DNA of 63,997 bases, filler included, from Candidatus Woesearchaeota archaeon (GCA_018399355.1; 3 parts of 3 records of this genome joined end to end with filler, not necessarily neighbours in it), one strand, 5' to 3'; numbered from the whole stretch's first letter, positions 48,849 to 59,512 are shown. The notes: generated from the letters alone by a model not told the origin. Numbers and translations are program-made.

Positions 48849-50525
48849 ATGAAAATAATATCAATATGTGATAATCATGATTCAGGCGCAGCATTAGTTG
48901 TTAATAATATGATCGTGTCTGCTATATCTGAGGAAAGGCTTAACAGAATAAAATTAACTAGGCTTTTTCCTTATAAATCAATTTTGGCATTACTGAAAGA
49001 CGAGAGGATGAAAAAAGAAGATATTAATCTATTTATTATATCATCTGAAATAACCCCTACAATTCTTTTGAGATTATTCAATAATACTTACTCTAAATTA
49101 AAAAAGATATCACAATTTACTTATTGGCTTAACCTTTATATTATATATCAAAGCTTAGTCAGGCCTTTTCATTTATCAAAAATAGATCTTTTTTTATCTA
49201 GACTACTTTTAAAAAAAAAGCTAAAAACATCTAAAAGAATTATTTTTTTTGACCATCACGAATCACATGCGTATTCTGCATATTCAACTTCAGGATTAAA
49301 AAAGGCATTAGTAATAACAATGGATGCAATGGGTGATGGACTTTCCCTTACTGTAAATACAGGAGAAAATAATTGCCTAGGGAGAATATTTTCCCAATCA
49401 GGTTTTAGTTCAGTGGGGTTATACTATTCAAGAATAACAGAATTATTGGGATTTACACCAAGCAAACACGAAGGAAAGATTACTGGTTTGGCTGCTTATG
49501 GCAACTCCGATTATCTAATTGCTAAAATGAAAAAGAATATGTACTTTTGTAATAAGGGATTCAATTTTAAAAATTATTTTTTCAAACAGAATAAAGATAA
49601 AGGATTTTATAAAGAACTTAAAGATTTTTCTAGGGAGGATATCGCAGCAGCACTTCAAAAAAACCTTGAAGAAGAAGTTTGTAAATTTATTGATTATTGG
49701 GTAAAAAAGACAGACACTCATGATTTAGCTTTAGCAGGAGGATTGTTTGCTAATGTTAAACTTAATCAGAAAATACATGAGCTTGATTGCGTTAATTCCA
49801 TTTATATTTTTCCACATATGGGTGATGGAGGGTTATCTGTTGGCGCAGCTTTGGCTTATACAAAACCAGAGCCATTCAAGCTTGAGAGTGTTTATTTTGG
49901 TCCTGAATACTCAAATAATGAAATAAAAAAAGAGTTAGACAGAAACAAACTGAAATACACTCATTTTAAAAATATTGAATTAGAAATTGCTAAACTTATT
50001 GCAGAAGGATTTGTTGTTGCAAGGTTTAATGGAAGAATGGAATTTGGTCCAAGGGCATTAGGGAACAGATCGATACTCTATCAAACAAATGATAAAACTG
50101 TTAATGACTGGCTTAACAAAAAACTGAAAAGAACAGAATTTATGCCCTTTGCCCCAGCAACACTTAAAGAATATTCTGATAAATGCTATAAAAACATAGA
50201 AGGAGCTGAGTACACTGCAAAATTTATGACAATAACATTTGATTGCACTGACTGGATGAAAAAAAATTGTCCTGGGGTTGTTCATGTTGATGGAACAGCA
50301 AGGCCCCAAATTTTAAGCAGAGACGATAATCCAAGTTTTTATAAGATAATAGATGAATACAGGAAAATCACGGGAATTCCCAGCATTATAAACACAAGCT
50401 TTAATATACATGAAGAGCCGATAGTATGCTCACCAAGAGATGCTATAAGAGCATTTAAAATAGGCCATCTAGATTACTTGGCTATAGGTAACTATTTAAT
50501 TGAAAATGAGAGCATTCCAATTTAA
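48849..50525 (+). CDS. O-carbamoyltransferase (NodU/CmcH family)
   Basis: HDSGAA, EERLNRIK, HHESH, EFGPRALGNRS, HVDGTARPQ, NTSFN. Confidence 0.93.
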   Translation: MKIISICDNHDSGAALVVNNMIVSAISEERLNRIKLTRLFPYKSILALLKDERMKKEDINLFIISSEITPTILLRLFNNTYSKLKKISQFTYWLNLYIIYQSLVRPFHLSKIDLFLSRLLLKKKLKTSKRIIFFDHHESHAYSAYSTSGLKKALVITMDAMGDGLSLTVNTGENNCLGRIFSQSGFSSVGLYYSRITELLGFTPSKHEGKITGLAAYGNSDYLIAKMKKNMYFCNKGFNFKNYFFKQNKDKGFYKELKDFSREDIAAALQKNLEEEVCKFIDYWVKKTDTHDLALAGGLFANVKLNQKIHELDCVNSIYIFPHMGDGGLSVGAALAYTKPEPFKLESVYFGPEYSNNEIKKELDRNKLKYTHFKNIELEIAKLIAEGFVVARFNGRMEFGPRALGNRSILYQTNDKTVNDWLNKKLKRTEFMPFAPATLKEYSDKCYKNIEGAEYTAKFMTITFDCTDWMKKNCPGVVHVDGTARPQILSRDDNPSFYKIIDEYRKITGIPSIINTSFNIHEEPIVCSPRDAIRAFKIGHLDYLAIGNYLIENESIPI

Positions 50526-50532
50526 GAAGTAT

Positions 50533-51933
50533 TTACTTAGAAAAAACCATACTTAAAGCTGCCTTAAAATCTGTTTTAAGTTCACTAAGGGAACTTGTTC
50601 TTAAAATTTTTTTAACTAGCTGAGAAGGCCTGAAATAAAACTGGATGTACGCTTTTCTTACTTGTTCTTCAATCTCTTCTTCAGACAAAGTGCATCTGTA
50701 CCTTGGAAGAATTTTTCTGTTTTTTTCATTTGAAATAAATTTTTGCCAATAATCATAGCCTAATTGAGGCTTAAGCATTTCATAAAGTTCTGTTCCAGGC
50801 AGAGTGCTAACTTTCGAGAACTGTGCATAATCTAAATTAAGTTCTTTTGCAAGTTTAATTGTTTTTTTGATTGTTTCTTTGTTTTCTCCAGGGCTTCCAA
50901 TCATGAAGTATCCAAAAGTCATTATCTTGTTCTTTTTTGTAAGGGCTATATTTTTTCTTATTATTCCAAGGTTTGTTCCTTTTTTCAAGCTTTTTAGTAT
51001 TGATTCAACCGCAGACTCAATTCCATAATAGATTCTGTAACAGCCGGCTTTTGCCATTTCATTAAGCATTTCATCATCAACTGTGTCTATCCTTGACCTG
51101 CATGACCATGATATTTTTATGTTCCTTTTCCTTATTTCCCTGCATATACTGATAACATGCTTTTTATTTATTGTGAACTCAGGATCAAAGAAATCTATTT
51201 CTCTTACATTATGCTTATTATAACATTCCTCAATCTCATCAACAACATTTTCTGCAGACCTCATTCTGTAAATTTGGCCCCCCTGTTCGCAATATATGCA
51301 GTTAAAAGGACACCCTCTTGCAGTAATCATTGTTGCAAAATTTTTCTTTTTTGAAACAAAAGAACAATATTTCTCATTTGGAAGCTGTTCTCTTAAGGGA
51401 AAGGGAATCTTGTCAAGGTCTTTTATAAGCCCTCTTTTTTTAGTTACTACTACTTTATTTCCTTCTTTATAACATATACCTCTTACCTTTTTTAGAGATT
51501 TATTCTTTTCTAAGGCCTCTAAAAGTTCCGGAAGTGTTTCTTCTGCCTCTCCTATTATGCCATAATCAATCTCATTATGAGACATTGTTTCTTTAGGATA
51601 AAGGCCCATATGAGCTCCTCCCATAAGCGTCTTAGCCCCCGTATTCTTTTTAAGAAACCCAGCCCATTTTAAAACAGAGTAAAACATATACGTAGTTATT
51701 GTGAAAGCAATGACATCTGGATTAAATCTTTTGACTTCTTTGAGCATTTCTTCTTTTGAAAGATTTAGGGCATTAGCATCAATCAGCTTTACTTTGTGGC
51801 CTGCATTTTTTGCTATGGCCGCCACATATGAAAGATTTAATGGAGGAAAAACTCCATAATTATCTGCAACTGCCTTTATATTTGGCTGGTTTTCAACTAT
51901 TCCGAAAGGAGGGTAAACTAAGGCTATTCTCAT
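50533..51933 (-). CDS. Cobalamin-binding radical SAM protein
   Basis: PPLNL, GGAH, GEAE B12 domain; RGCPFNCIYC. Confidence 0.9.
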   Translation of the reverse strand: MRIALVYPPFGIVENQPNIKAVADNYGVFPPLNLSYVAAIAKNAGHKVKLIDANALNLSKEEMLKEVKRFNPDVIAFTITTYMFYSVLKWAGFLKKNTGAKTLMGGAHMGLYPKETMSHNEIDYGIIGEAEETLPELLEALEKNKSLKKVRGICYKEGNKVVVTKKRGLIKDLDKIPFPLREQLPNEKYCSFVSKKKNFATMITARGCPFNCIYCEQGGQIYRMRSAENVVDEIEECYNKHNVREIDFFDPEFTINKKHVISICREIRKRNIKISWSCRSRIDTVDDEMLNEMAKAGCYRIYYGIESAVESILKSLKKGTNLGIIRKNIALTKKNKIMTFGYFMIGSPGENKETIKKTIKLAKELNLDYAQFSKVSTLPGTELYEMLKPQLGYDYWQKFISNEKNRKILPRYRCTLSEEEIEEQVRKAYIQFYFRPSQLVKKILRTSSLSELKTDFKAALSMVFSK

Positions 51934-51986
51934 CTTATAAAATAAAATTATTTAATATAAAAAATGTTGCTTATTTAAAAGGTATT

Positions 51987-53069
51987 TTATTTTGTTATAT
52001 TTATATAACCTTCATCTTGTAACATTTTAACTAATTCTTCAGCATACCATTCATAAACATAAGATGGAGGGTGAATCTCTCTATACTCTTTAAATATATT
52101 TTCGGAGCATAAGGAAAAATAACCTATTTCTTCATATTCTCTGTAATTTTCAGGATTGCAATAGAGTTTTGCATTTGGATCAAATATTATTATACTCAAA
52201 TTATTGTGATTATTCAAAAAATTATTAAAATCTCTCCGATTTACAATATCTCCATAATAATCATATTTATTCTTGATTTTAGTATAATTGCTTTTTATTT
52301 CACTACCTTTTTCATCTGATGGATTAATGTCCCCAATTATTCTACTATTAAACATTGTTATGATAAACCCGTAAAATCGTGAATTAGAGACAAAAGAATA
52401 ATGAATCTTCATCAAACTGGAATTATTTGAAAAATTATAAAATAAAAAAGGTATGTTCTCTAAATATAATTCCTTATTTTTTTTGAATAATCTTGTAAAA
52501 TCTTTATTCTCTAAGAATGCCCTTCTGCCAGTATTGCCTACTTGAAAAATTAATAAATCTGGATTAAACTCTTCTATGATATAATCTGCATAGGCAACCT
52601 TTTGTGACATGACATAAGCAGATAACCCCGCATTCCAAACTTCAAATTTATTTGGAAAATTATCATCTAATATCTTCTGCATAATTGCTGGATAAGTGTC
52701 ATTATCACTTACCAAGGCACCATAAGTATTTGAACCACCCAAAATAACTATCCTAAATATTCCTTCTGGTTTTGTTTTATTTCTTTCTTTATCCCTGAAT
52801 CCTAAACTGTTTATACTTACTTTTCTAGATGAATATTTTTTTTCTTTTTTGTGCACATCGTTATAAACTTTTGATGAGCTTGGAAGGAGTTCATATAATC
52901 TATCTGAATTGTTAGAAACTCGATACACCTCTACATCTTCACCTTGATAGTATAAAGAATCCTTCAATGATTTGGTATACCCATCAGTAAATAATAAAGA
53001 AATCTCAAAAATAACTAATGTAAAGATTATAGAGATAATCAGTAAAAAAAATTCTTTTTTATATTCCAT
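51987..53069 (-). CDS. Membrane-anchored SGNH hydrolase-like protein
   Basis: INSLGFRD, LGGSNTYG, NAG, HP. Confidence 0.75.
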   Translation of the reverse strand: MEYKKEFFLLIISIIFTLVIFEISLLFTDGYTKSLKDSLYYQGEDVEVYRVSNNSDRLYELLPSSSKVYNDVHKKEKKYSSRKVSINSLGFRDKERNKTKPEGIFRIVILGGSNTYGALVSDNDTYPAIMQKILDDNFPNKFEVWNAGLSAYVMSQKVAYADYIIEEFNPDLLIFQVGNTGRRAFLENKDFTRLFKKNKELYLENIPFLFYNFSNNSSLMKIHYSFVSNSRFYGFIITMFNSRIIGDINPSDEKGSEIKSNYTKIKNKYDYYGDIVNRRDFNNFLNNHNNLSIIIFDPNAKLYCNPENYREYEEIGYFSLCSENIFKEYREIHPPSYVYEWYAEELVKMLQDEGYINITK

Positions 53070-53097
53070 TTTAAATAAACATATATTACTTTACCAA

Positions 53098-54255
53098 TTA
53101 AAAAATTTTAATTGCAGTTTTATAACTCTTTAAAATGTTGTCTGCAGTTATATCCCAAGTAAATTCTTTTTCAGCTCTTTTTCTTGCCTTTTCTTCACAT
53201 TTTTTTCTTAAATTTTCATCTTCAAGAAATTTTAAGATTCCCTTTGCAAGAGAATAAACATCCCCTGGTTCTGTCAAAATTCCAGAGCCGGAAAGCATTC
53301 TTGGAACTTCTCCTACATCACTTGCAACTATAGCTTTACCTGCTGCCATATACTCAACTATCTTTAAGGGGCTTTTTGACTTTGTTAAATCATTATCTTC
53401 AAAACAGGCAACTACAATATCAGATGCAGCAAGGTATCTTGGAACCAAATCATATTCAACTGCTCCTGTAAAAATAACTTTTTCATCAACTTTTAATTGC
53501 TTTGAAACAAATTTTAGCCGTTCCAAGTCAGCTCCGCCTCCCACAATCATAAATTTTGTTTTAGGTTTCTTTATACAGATAACTTTTATTGCCCTCAAAA
53601 GAAGTTCAGCATACTGTCCACCGTGAAGCTGCCCTAGGTACATCACCAGATTAGAGTTTATATTATGCTTCTTTCTTATTTTTGTCCCATCATTCTTTGG
53701 ATTGAATTTTTCAAGATCAGCACATACATGTGCTTCAACTATCTTATTTTCTTTTACTCCTCTCTTAATAGCTAATTTCCTTAGATTTTGGCTTGATACA
53801 GATACTGTATCAACCAACCTTGGAATTAATGTTTCCATAATGTTCAAATAAATACCCACAATCCATGAAGGAGGACTAAATTGATATATCTTAAGCTCCC
53901 AGTCATCCCAGTCATAATGAATTGGCTTATTTCTTAGATAAGCTGCAAATAATGCAGGTAATGAAGCGATTGCAAAACATTTCTGGAAATGTATAATATC
54001 TGTATCCTTAGCTAACCTATGCATTTTAACTATGTTCTTAATAAAAGACCACTTAAATCTGCTAAAAGGAATAGTTTCAAATTCCTTAAATTCCTTGCAT
54101 CTTAACTTGCCTCTTTCATTATCAGGCAATGGAAAATAGACAAGCTTTACTTCATGACCTCTCTTTGCAAATTCCTCTGCTATTGCAGTTATTCTTACAG
54201 TCCATGGTTCCATGCTTGAGTAAATGTCATGTGGATGAATCATTAATATTTTCAT
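53098..54255 (-). CDS. Glycosyltransferase family 4
   Basis: PLKIVEYMAAGKAIVASDVG. Confidence 0.9.
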   Translation of the reverse strand: MKILMIHPHDIYSSMEPWTVRITAIAEEFAKRGHEVKLVYFPLPDNERGKLRCKEFKEFETIPFSRFKWSFIKNIVKMHRLAKDTDIIHFQKCFAIASLPALFAAYLRNKPIHYDWDDWELKIYQFSPPSWIVGIYLNIMETLIPRLVDTVSVSSQNLRKLAIKRGVKENKIVEAHVCADLEKFNPKNDGTKIRKKHNINSNLVMYLGQLHGGQYAELLLRAIKVICIKKPKTKFMIVGGGADLERLKFVSKQLKVDEKVIFTGAVEYDLVPRYLAASDIVVACFEDNDLTKSKSPLKIVEYMAAGKAIVASDVGEVPRMLSGSGILTEPGDVYSLAKGILKFLEDENLRKKCEEKARKRAEKEFTWDITADNILKSYKTAIKIF

Positions 54256-54264
54256 TACATTAAT

Positions 54265-54726
54265 CGGCTAGGATACCTAGCACTTTAGTGCTAGGAGGAA
54301 TAGCCTTTCCTCCATAAGTTTTTTCTAATACTTTTGATTATGAATGAGTGCGCAACGAACTTGGCGCGCGCACCCAACCAATCTTTGTTAGCGCGAGCTA
54401 TAAAATTTTTGTTGCGCGGAGGCAACAAAAAATGAAACTAAATATGAATTCAAACAAACACAGTGTTGGTCAAAACGTCTATCATTTGGTTTTCAAGCCA
54501 AAATATGCAAGACCATTATTTAAAAATTTGCATTTCCAAAAGGTCTGCAAAGGCGCTTTGCAAATGGTTGCAGTAAGATATGGGTTTAAAATCCATGAAC
54601 TTCAAGTTATGGAAGACCATACTCTTGGTCTTTACCGGATAATAAGCTTCCTGCTTATTATCATCAAAAGCATTTAACTTCTTTTGCTTAAAGTGATACC
54701 TCGCACTTTAGTGCGAGGAGTGTCAT
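54265..54726 (+). mobile_element. Internally deleted IS200/IS605-family element
   Basis: Subterminal hairpins CCTAGCAC-TTTA-GTGCTAGG (54276-54295) and CCTCGCAC-TTTA-GTGCGAGG (54699-54718) flank a tnpA remnant; exact ends inferred. Confidence 0.85.
54432..54691 (+). pseudogene. tnpA: Truncated Y1 transposase
   Basis: YHLVFKPKYAR...VMEDH breaks inside the HUH motif; catalytic Tyr region missing; tail continues in another frame. Confidence 0.85.
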
Positions 54727-54855
54727 TTTACTCAAGACCCTGGAAACACATGAAACTTATGTATCTTTTCCCATATAACAAGATAAAGGTTTATTAAAAT
54801 TGTAAGAGCAAACAAGAATAATAGGATAAAAAATTTAAAAAACCTCTTTGACATT

Positions 54856-55896
54856 TTAATCTTGAAACATCTCTTTGTTTTCTTTTGCCCAATCTAGGAG
54901 TATCTGTATTCCTTCATTTACACTTATTTCAGGCTGCCATCCAAGCTTTTCCTTTACTTTAGATGTGTCTGAGATATAGACTTTCTGGTCAGATGGTCTC
55001 CAATCTTTGAAAGTCATCTGCATTTCATTCCCTGTTTTTTCTTTTAGTATATTCAAAAATTCAATTAGAGATATTGTATTTTCAGGACCTCCTCCTAGGT
55101 TGAACACTTCATGCTTTAAATTGCTTTTAATGAAAAGGTCATAAGCTTTTACAACATCATCTGCAAAAAGCATATCCCTCACTTGCTTTCCATTTCCAAA
55201 TATGTTTATTGGCTTTTTCATAAGAGAAGCAATAATAAACCATGCAACCCATCCCTGGTCTTCAAAGCCAAATTGTCTTCTCCCATAGATACATGACATC
55301 CTAAAGCAGCATGTTTTCATTCCATACAACCTTCCATACTCCTGGGTATAAAGATCCCCCACGTACTTGCTTGCACCATAAGGACTATGGCCTGTATGGT
55401 CAATAGGCATTTGCTCATCAACTCCTTTTAAACCTTTAAAAATATATCTTGTTTCTTTTTCTTCGATTGGAATCCTGTCAACATTTTCTCCATAAACTTT
55501 GTTTGTTGAGCAATAAACAAATGTAGCCTTATCGCATTTTTGCCTTAGATGCTCAAGAACATTAACTGTTCCAAAGGCATTTATGCTAAAATCCTCTTTT
55601 GGCATCTTCATTGATGATGGAACACCCGGCTGTGCTGCTGTATGTATTACAGCGTCAACATCATCACCAATTGCCTTTAGAACATCCTCATCATTCCTTA
55701 CATCTCCTTTTATTCTGGTTATGTTAGGATATTTTGCAAGATAATTCCAATTATACTCAACACTCTTCTTATCTGAGCCAAACAGCCTTGACCTCATAAG
55801 GTTGTCAAGGACAACAACGTCATCACCTTTTTTTGCATAGTATTCTGCTGCATGGGAGCCAATCATTCCTGCCCCTCCTGTTATTAAAACCCTAAT
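54856..55896 (-). CDS. NAD-dependent sugar epimerase (CDP-paratose 2-epimerase-like)
   Basis: TGGAGMIG, STNKVYG, YGASK, EDQGWVAWF, DWRPSDQ; start ATT 55896 or GTG 55905. Confidence 0.88.
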   Translation of the reverse strand: MRVLITGGAGMIGSHAAEYYAKKGDDVVVLDNLMRSRLFGSDKKSVEYNWNYLAKYPNITRIKGDVRNDEDVLKAIGDDVDAVIHTAAQPGVPSSMKMPKEDFSINAFGTVNVLEHLRQKCDKATFVYCSTNKVYGENVDRIPIEEKETRYIFKGLKGVDEQMPIDHTGHSPYGASKYVGDLYTQEYGRLYGMKTCCFRMSCIYGRRQFGFEDQGWVAWFIIASLMKKPINIFGNGKQVRDMLFADDVVKAYDLFIKSNLKHEVFNLGGGPENTISLIEFLNILKEKTGNEMQMTFKDWRPSDQKVYISDTSKVKEKLGWQPEISVNEGIQILLDWAKENKEMFQD

Positions 55897-55977
55897 TTTA
55901 AACACCTCACTAATTTTATAAAGGTAAAAAGAGTATTATTTAAAGCTTTCTTTAATCAAAATATTATTTTTAAGTAT

Positions 55978-57522
55978 TTAGATATTGATTTCGTAAACAA
56001 AATTTCTTTTGTTGTAAACTTCATTAAGAAAATCACATTCAATTTTTGTTTTTGATAGCACAATGTCTGCATTTGTTTGGTTTGCTATCTTTTTCTTTTC
56101 AACACAATCAGACCTGAAAAAATTAGCGCTAGCATTTATATTTGTTCCTGAGAGCTGGCCTGGGAGAATTGAAACAACATAATTTTTGCTTATTGGATAA
56201 ACTGCTGATGAAGTAAAAAGGGGGGCAATAACAACATTGTACTTGCCATAATTATCTTGAATCCAATTTATTGAGTGATAATCATAATCCTCAATTATAT
56301 TTTTTTGATATCTATCTCTATCATCTACAACATTATACTTTGATGAAAATATAGCTATGAAAATAATTAAAACAAAAAGAGCTATTAAAGGGCCCTTCCC
56401 TTTTTTGCTTAATAATAAAACATCTTTCTGTAAAAAATAACTTATTATATAGATTAAGCCCATCGCAGATAAAGGAACCAAGAAAATCATTGCAAAATAA
56501 AGGTTTCTTTGGTATGGCGAAAGCAATGAAAAGCCAAATTTATGAAAGAATGCAACCAGTCCGATTGTTATAAATGAAAATAAGACAAAAATAAGGTGCT
56601 TTTTTGTTTTAAGACAGTAAAAAATTCCAACTATTGCAAATAGGGTAGGAATAATCCCATAAAGATAGGGGAAAAAATATTTTATCTCAACTTTGCCCCA
56701 CCCTTCTTGAAATACCAATGAACTTATTATCCATTTAAAATCAGCATGAGTATATTCTATAAAGTAGTAGAATGAGAACAAAACTATAAAAGTTACACCA
56801 AGAATTAAAAATATTGTCTTTATATAAGTATACTTGTTATTCTTCATTTTTTCTATGTTAAAGCTGTCTTTTGCTTTAAAATAAAATTCTTTTAATGAGC
56901 CAATATTAAAAAGAAGGTATAGAAAACCCATAGGAAGAATTAATGTTCCAAACAAAGGATAAATAATTATAAGTGCAGATGAAAAAATGAAAGATAACAA
57001 CAGCATTTTAGTGTCTTTTTTATTAATTGCTTCAATGAAAACAAAGATGAAAAGGTATATTAGAGGTATGCATGCAGTTAAAGGTGTAAAAAATTTTATA
57101 CCTAATATATTGACGCTGCTTTTCAAGCTTGCGAAGAACAATATTGAAAAGATTCCTGCCCAAAAGCTTTTTGTAATCTTTTTAACAAGAACAAACAGCA
57201 TCAGAGAAGATAATAGAGCAAAAAAAGCAGGTAATAATCCATAATGTTTAACAGGGCCCATTCCAGTCATCAGAAATAATTCTGAAAGGATTATATGAAA
57301 TCCGGGCTCAAGATTATTATGAAATAATGGCTCTTTAAAATAAGGGTTTGCTGAAACAAACCCTTTTTCTTCTATGATTTGAATAGATTGGGCAATATGG
57401 TGGTATTCATCAATATGCATTGGGTAATTATAGTTAAAATGAAAACTGTAAACTTTTAAAAAGACAAATGCTAAAACAAGAGACAATATAATTAAATGAA
57501 ATTTTTCCTTTTTAAGAACCAT
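55978..57522 (-). CDS. Polytopic membrane protein, GT-C-like glycosyltransferase candidate
   Basis: First-loop HIDEYHH acidic motif; many TMs; soluble C-terminal domain. Confidence 0.6.
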   Translation of the reverse strand: MVLKKEKFHLIILSLVLAFVFLKVYSFHFNYNYPMHIDEYHHIAQSIQIIEEKGFVSANPYFKEPLFHNNLEPGFHIILSELFLMTGMGPVKHYGLLPAFFALLSSLMLFVLVKKITKSFWAGIFSILFFASLKSSVNILGIKFFTPLTACIPLIYLFIFVFIEAINKKDTKMLLLSFIFSSALIIIYPLFGTLILPMGFLYLLFNIGSLKEFYFKAKDSFNIEKMKNNKYTYIKTIFLILGVTFIVLFSFYYFIEYTHADFKWIISSLVFQEGWGKVEIKYFFPYLYGIIPTLFAIVGIFYCLKTKKHLIFVLFSFITIGLVAFFHKFGFSLLSPYQRNLYFAMIFLVPLSAMGLIYIISYFLQKDVLLLSKKGKGPLIALFVLIIFIAIFSSKYNVVDDRDRYQKNIIEDYDYHSINWIQDNYGKYNVVIAPLFTSSAVYPISKNYVVSILPGQLSGTNINASANFFRSDCVEKKKIANQTNADIVLSKTKIECDFLNEVYNKRNFVYEINI

Positions 57523-57540
57523 TAGATACTCCCCTAAATT

Positions 57541-58044
57541 TTAATTGGATTTGGTTATTGTTTCTTCTTCCACAGAGTTTTTGGCGCAGGTAACTATTTC
57601 TTCATTAACAGTAATTTTAGGTATGAACTTAATCTTTTTTATTTCTCCATATTTATTAAAGTTATAGTTTAGTTTTTTTGTTAATGGGTAACCTATTTTT
57701 ATTTGCAATTTTTCAATTTCGCTAATCATTGTTTCTTTTTCGCCAACAACCCAAACTATTAACCCTTTAATTTCTTGATTTCCATTATTTTCTATTGTAA
57801 ACTCTAAAAACCCATTATTTCCTTCTCCTCCATAATACACTTGGGGAAAATTATTAACAACTCCTAGTTTTAAGCTTGTTTCAGAACATTTTTGAGTTGA
57901 ATCAATTTCTCCTGATATATCTACTGTGCTACCCCAGCTCATAACAAATGCTCCGAGCGCAACAGCAAAGGCTATTAGAAGTATGGTTGCTATTAAAGGC
58001 GAAAGTCCTCTTTTTTGTTTTGTAATTAACCTCATGTAGTCCAT
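57541..58044 (-). CDS. Type IV pilin / archaellin-like protein
   Basis: KRG|LSPLIATILLIAFAVALG. Confidence 0.88.
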   Translation of the reverse strand: MDYMRLITKQKRGLSPLIATILLIAFAVALGAFVMSWGSTVDISGEIDSTQKCSETSLKLGVVNNFPQVYYGGEGNNGFLEFTIENNGNQEIKGLIVWVVGEKETMISEIEKLQIKIGYPLTKKLNYNFNKYGEIKKIKFIPKITVNEEIVTCAKNSVEEETITKSN

Positions 58045-58061
58045 ATTCTGCACCTTTTTAT

Positions 58062-59486
58062 TTAAATCTTTTCCTTTTTATTGTAAGTAAATATAAGTGT
58101 AAGGTAAAAAGGAACAACTAAAAATATTAGTATTAATCCAAGCACTAAAAAAAGGTTTTTTAACCCATATATTTGAGCTAGATAAGAGCCCAGTGGAATC
58201 ATTATTAGGTATGGGATTATTATCAAAATGCTGTAACTCGAGAAATAAATTTTTCTTTCATTTTCTGACATCAGGTCAGTTGTGAGAAGACCATGTGCAA
58301 CCCCTAGTATAGCTGCCCCTATAAATCCGATTAATGTTCCAACAGCTATTGAAACAAGGTTTGGATTGTAGTAATAAGTTAAAGGCATTATGGCCATAAG
58401 CAATGTTCCAAAAACCATCATAGGTAATTTTCCATAATCATGAGCGTTTTTTCTAACTATATAAGGCGAGAAGAAAGAAGTCATTATTGCTATTAAGAAT
58501 ATTATTGCTATATTTGTAAATCCTTTAAAATAACTATATCTAAATGTTTCATAGAGGTAGATTCCATAATAGGAATTTGCCAAGGTCTGAACCATTCCTG
58601 TTATGAGGGTTGCAACAAAAAGAGCTAATATAACCCTGTTCCTTATTAGAACAGGAATATTTTCCTTTATTTCCATTATTCTTGAATTAATATGATTTAA
58701 CACACTTGTTTTTTCAATTGAAACATGTTTTTCTTTTACAAAGGATAAGAAATAACCAGCTAAAATTGAAGATATTGCTGCAATTTGAAAGGCTATGAAA
58801 TATCCAAAAATCCTGAACTCCTGCCCAAAAATAGTTAAAGGAGTTCCAAAGGCAGGAAACTTGTCCATGATATAGCCACCCAGAACAATGCTTATTCCTG
58901 TAATAATCAGTCCATAGTGGCCTATATTTCTTAAAAGCTTGCTTCTCTCTTTTTTCATTACTTCCCTGAAAAGCTTTTGATAAAGCTCCCCATAAGAAAC
59001 TGCGCCAATACTTCCTATAAGCAAGGCAAAAGCAAACAATGGAACAGAATGAAGAAATCTTGCCATTGCCATAAAAATAAATGAAAAACCAAATATTACT
59101 CCTGTAAATCCTATAAATTTGCGGCTTACTTTCCTTAATCTGGAATATTCATCAGCAATGAAGCTTATAATCAAATTCAAGATAACTCTTATTCCATTGA
59201 TTGCTCCAACAGTAAAGTAAGACGCCCCTGTATGAAAGAACAATATATTGATGAACTGCTGGGAGCCAAAGCCGTAGCTTATTCTGTCAAAAACCTCTTT
59301 GCAGAAGAATCTTTTTATATTCTTTGATTCAATATCTTTTTTATTTGACTGGCGCGTTTTTGCATATTTTTCAATGGCTTGTTCAATTTCAGAATTAATA
59401 TGGTTCTTTCCCTTAACTTTAAAACCAAGTTCCTGAAGAGAGCTATCATCAACCTCTTTTTTCTTTTTTCCATCTTTTTTGGCCAT
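58062..59486 (-). CDS. MFS transporter-like protein
   Basis: About 12 TMs in two halves; motif A-like segments. Confidence 0.7.
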   Translation of the reverse strand: MAKKDGKKKKEVDDSSLQELGFKVKGKNHINSEIEQAIEKYAKTRQSNKKDIESKNIKRFFCKEVFDRISYGFGSQQFINILFFHTGASYFTVGAINGIRVILNLIISFIADEYSRLRKVSRKFIGFTGVIFGFSFIFMAMARFLHSVPLFAFALLIGSIGAVSYGELYQKLFREVMKKERSKLLRNIGHYGLIITGISIVLGGYIMDKFPAFGTPLTIFGQEFRIFGYFIAFQIAAISSILAGYFLSFVKEKHVSIEKTSVLNHINSRIMEIKENIPVLIRNRVILALFVATLITGMVQTLANSYYGIYLYETFRYSYFKGFTNIAIIFLIAIMTSFFSPYIVRKNAHDYGKLPMMVFGTLLMAIMPLTYYYNPNLVSIAVGTLIGFIGAAILGVAHGLLTTDLMSENERKIYFSSYSILIIIPYLIMIPLGSYLAQIYGLKNLFLVLGLILIFLVVPFYLTLIFTYNKKEKI

Positions 59487-59512
59487 TGTGAAAATATCTT
59501 TGTTTTATGTAT

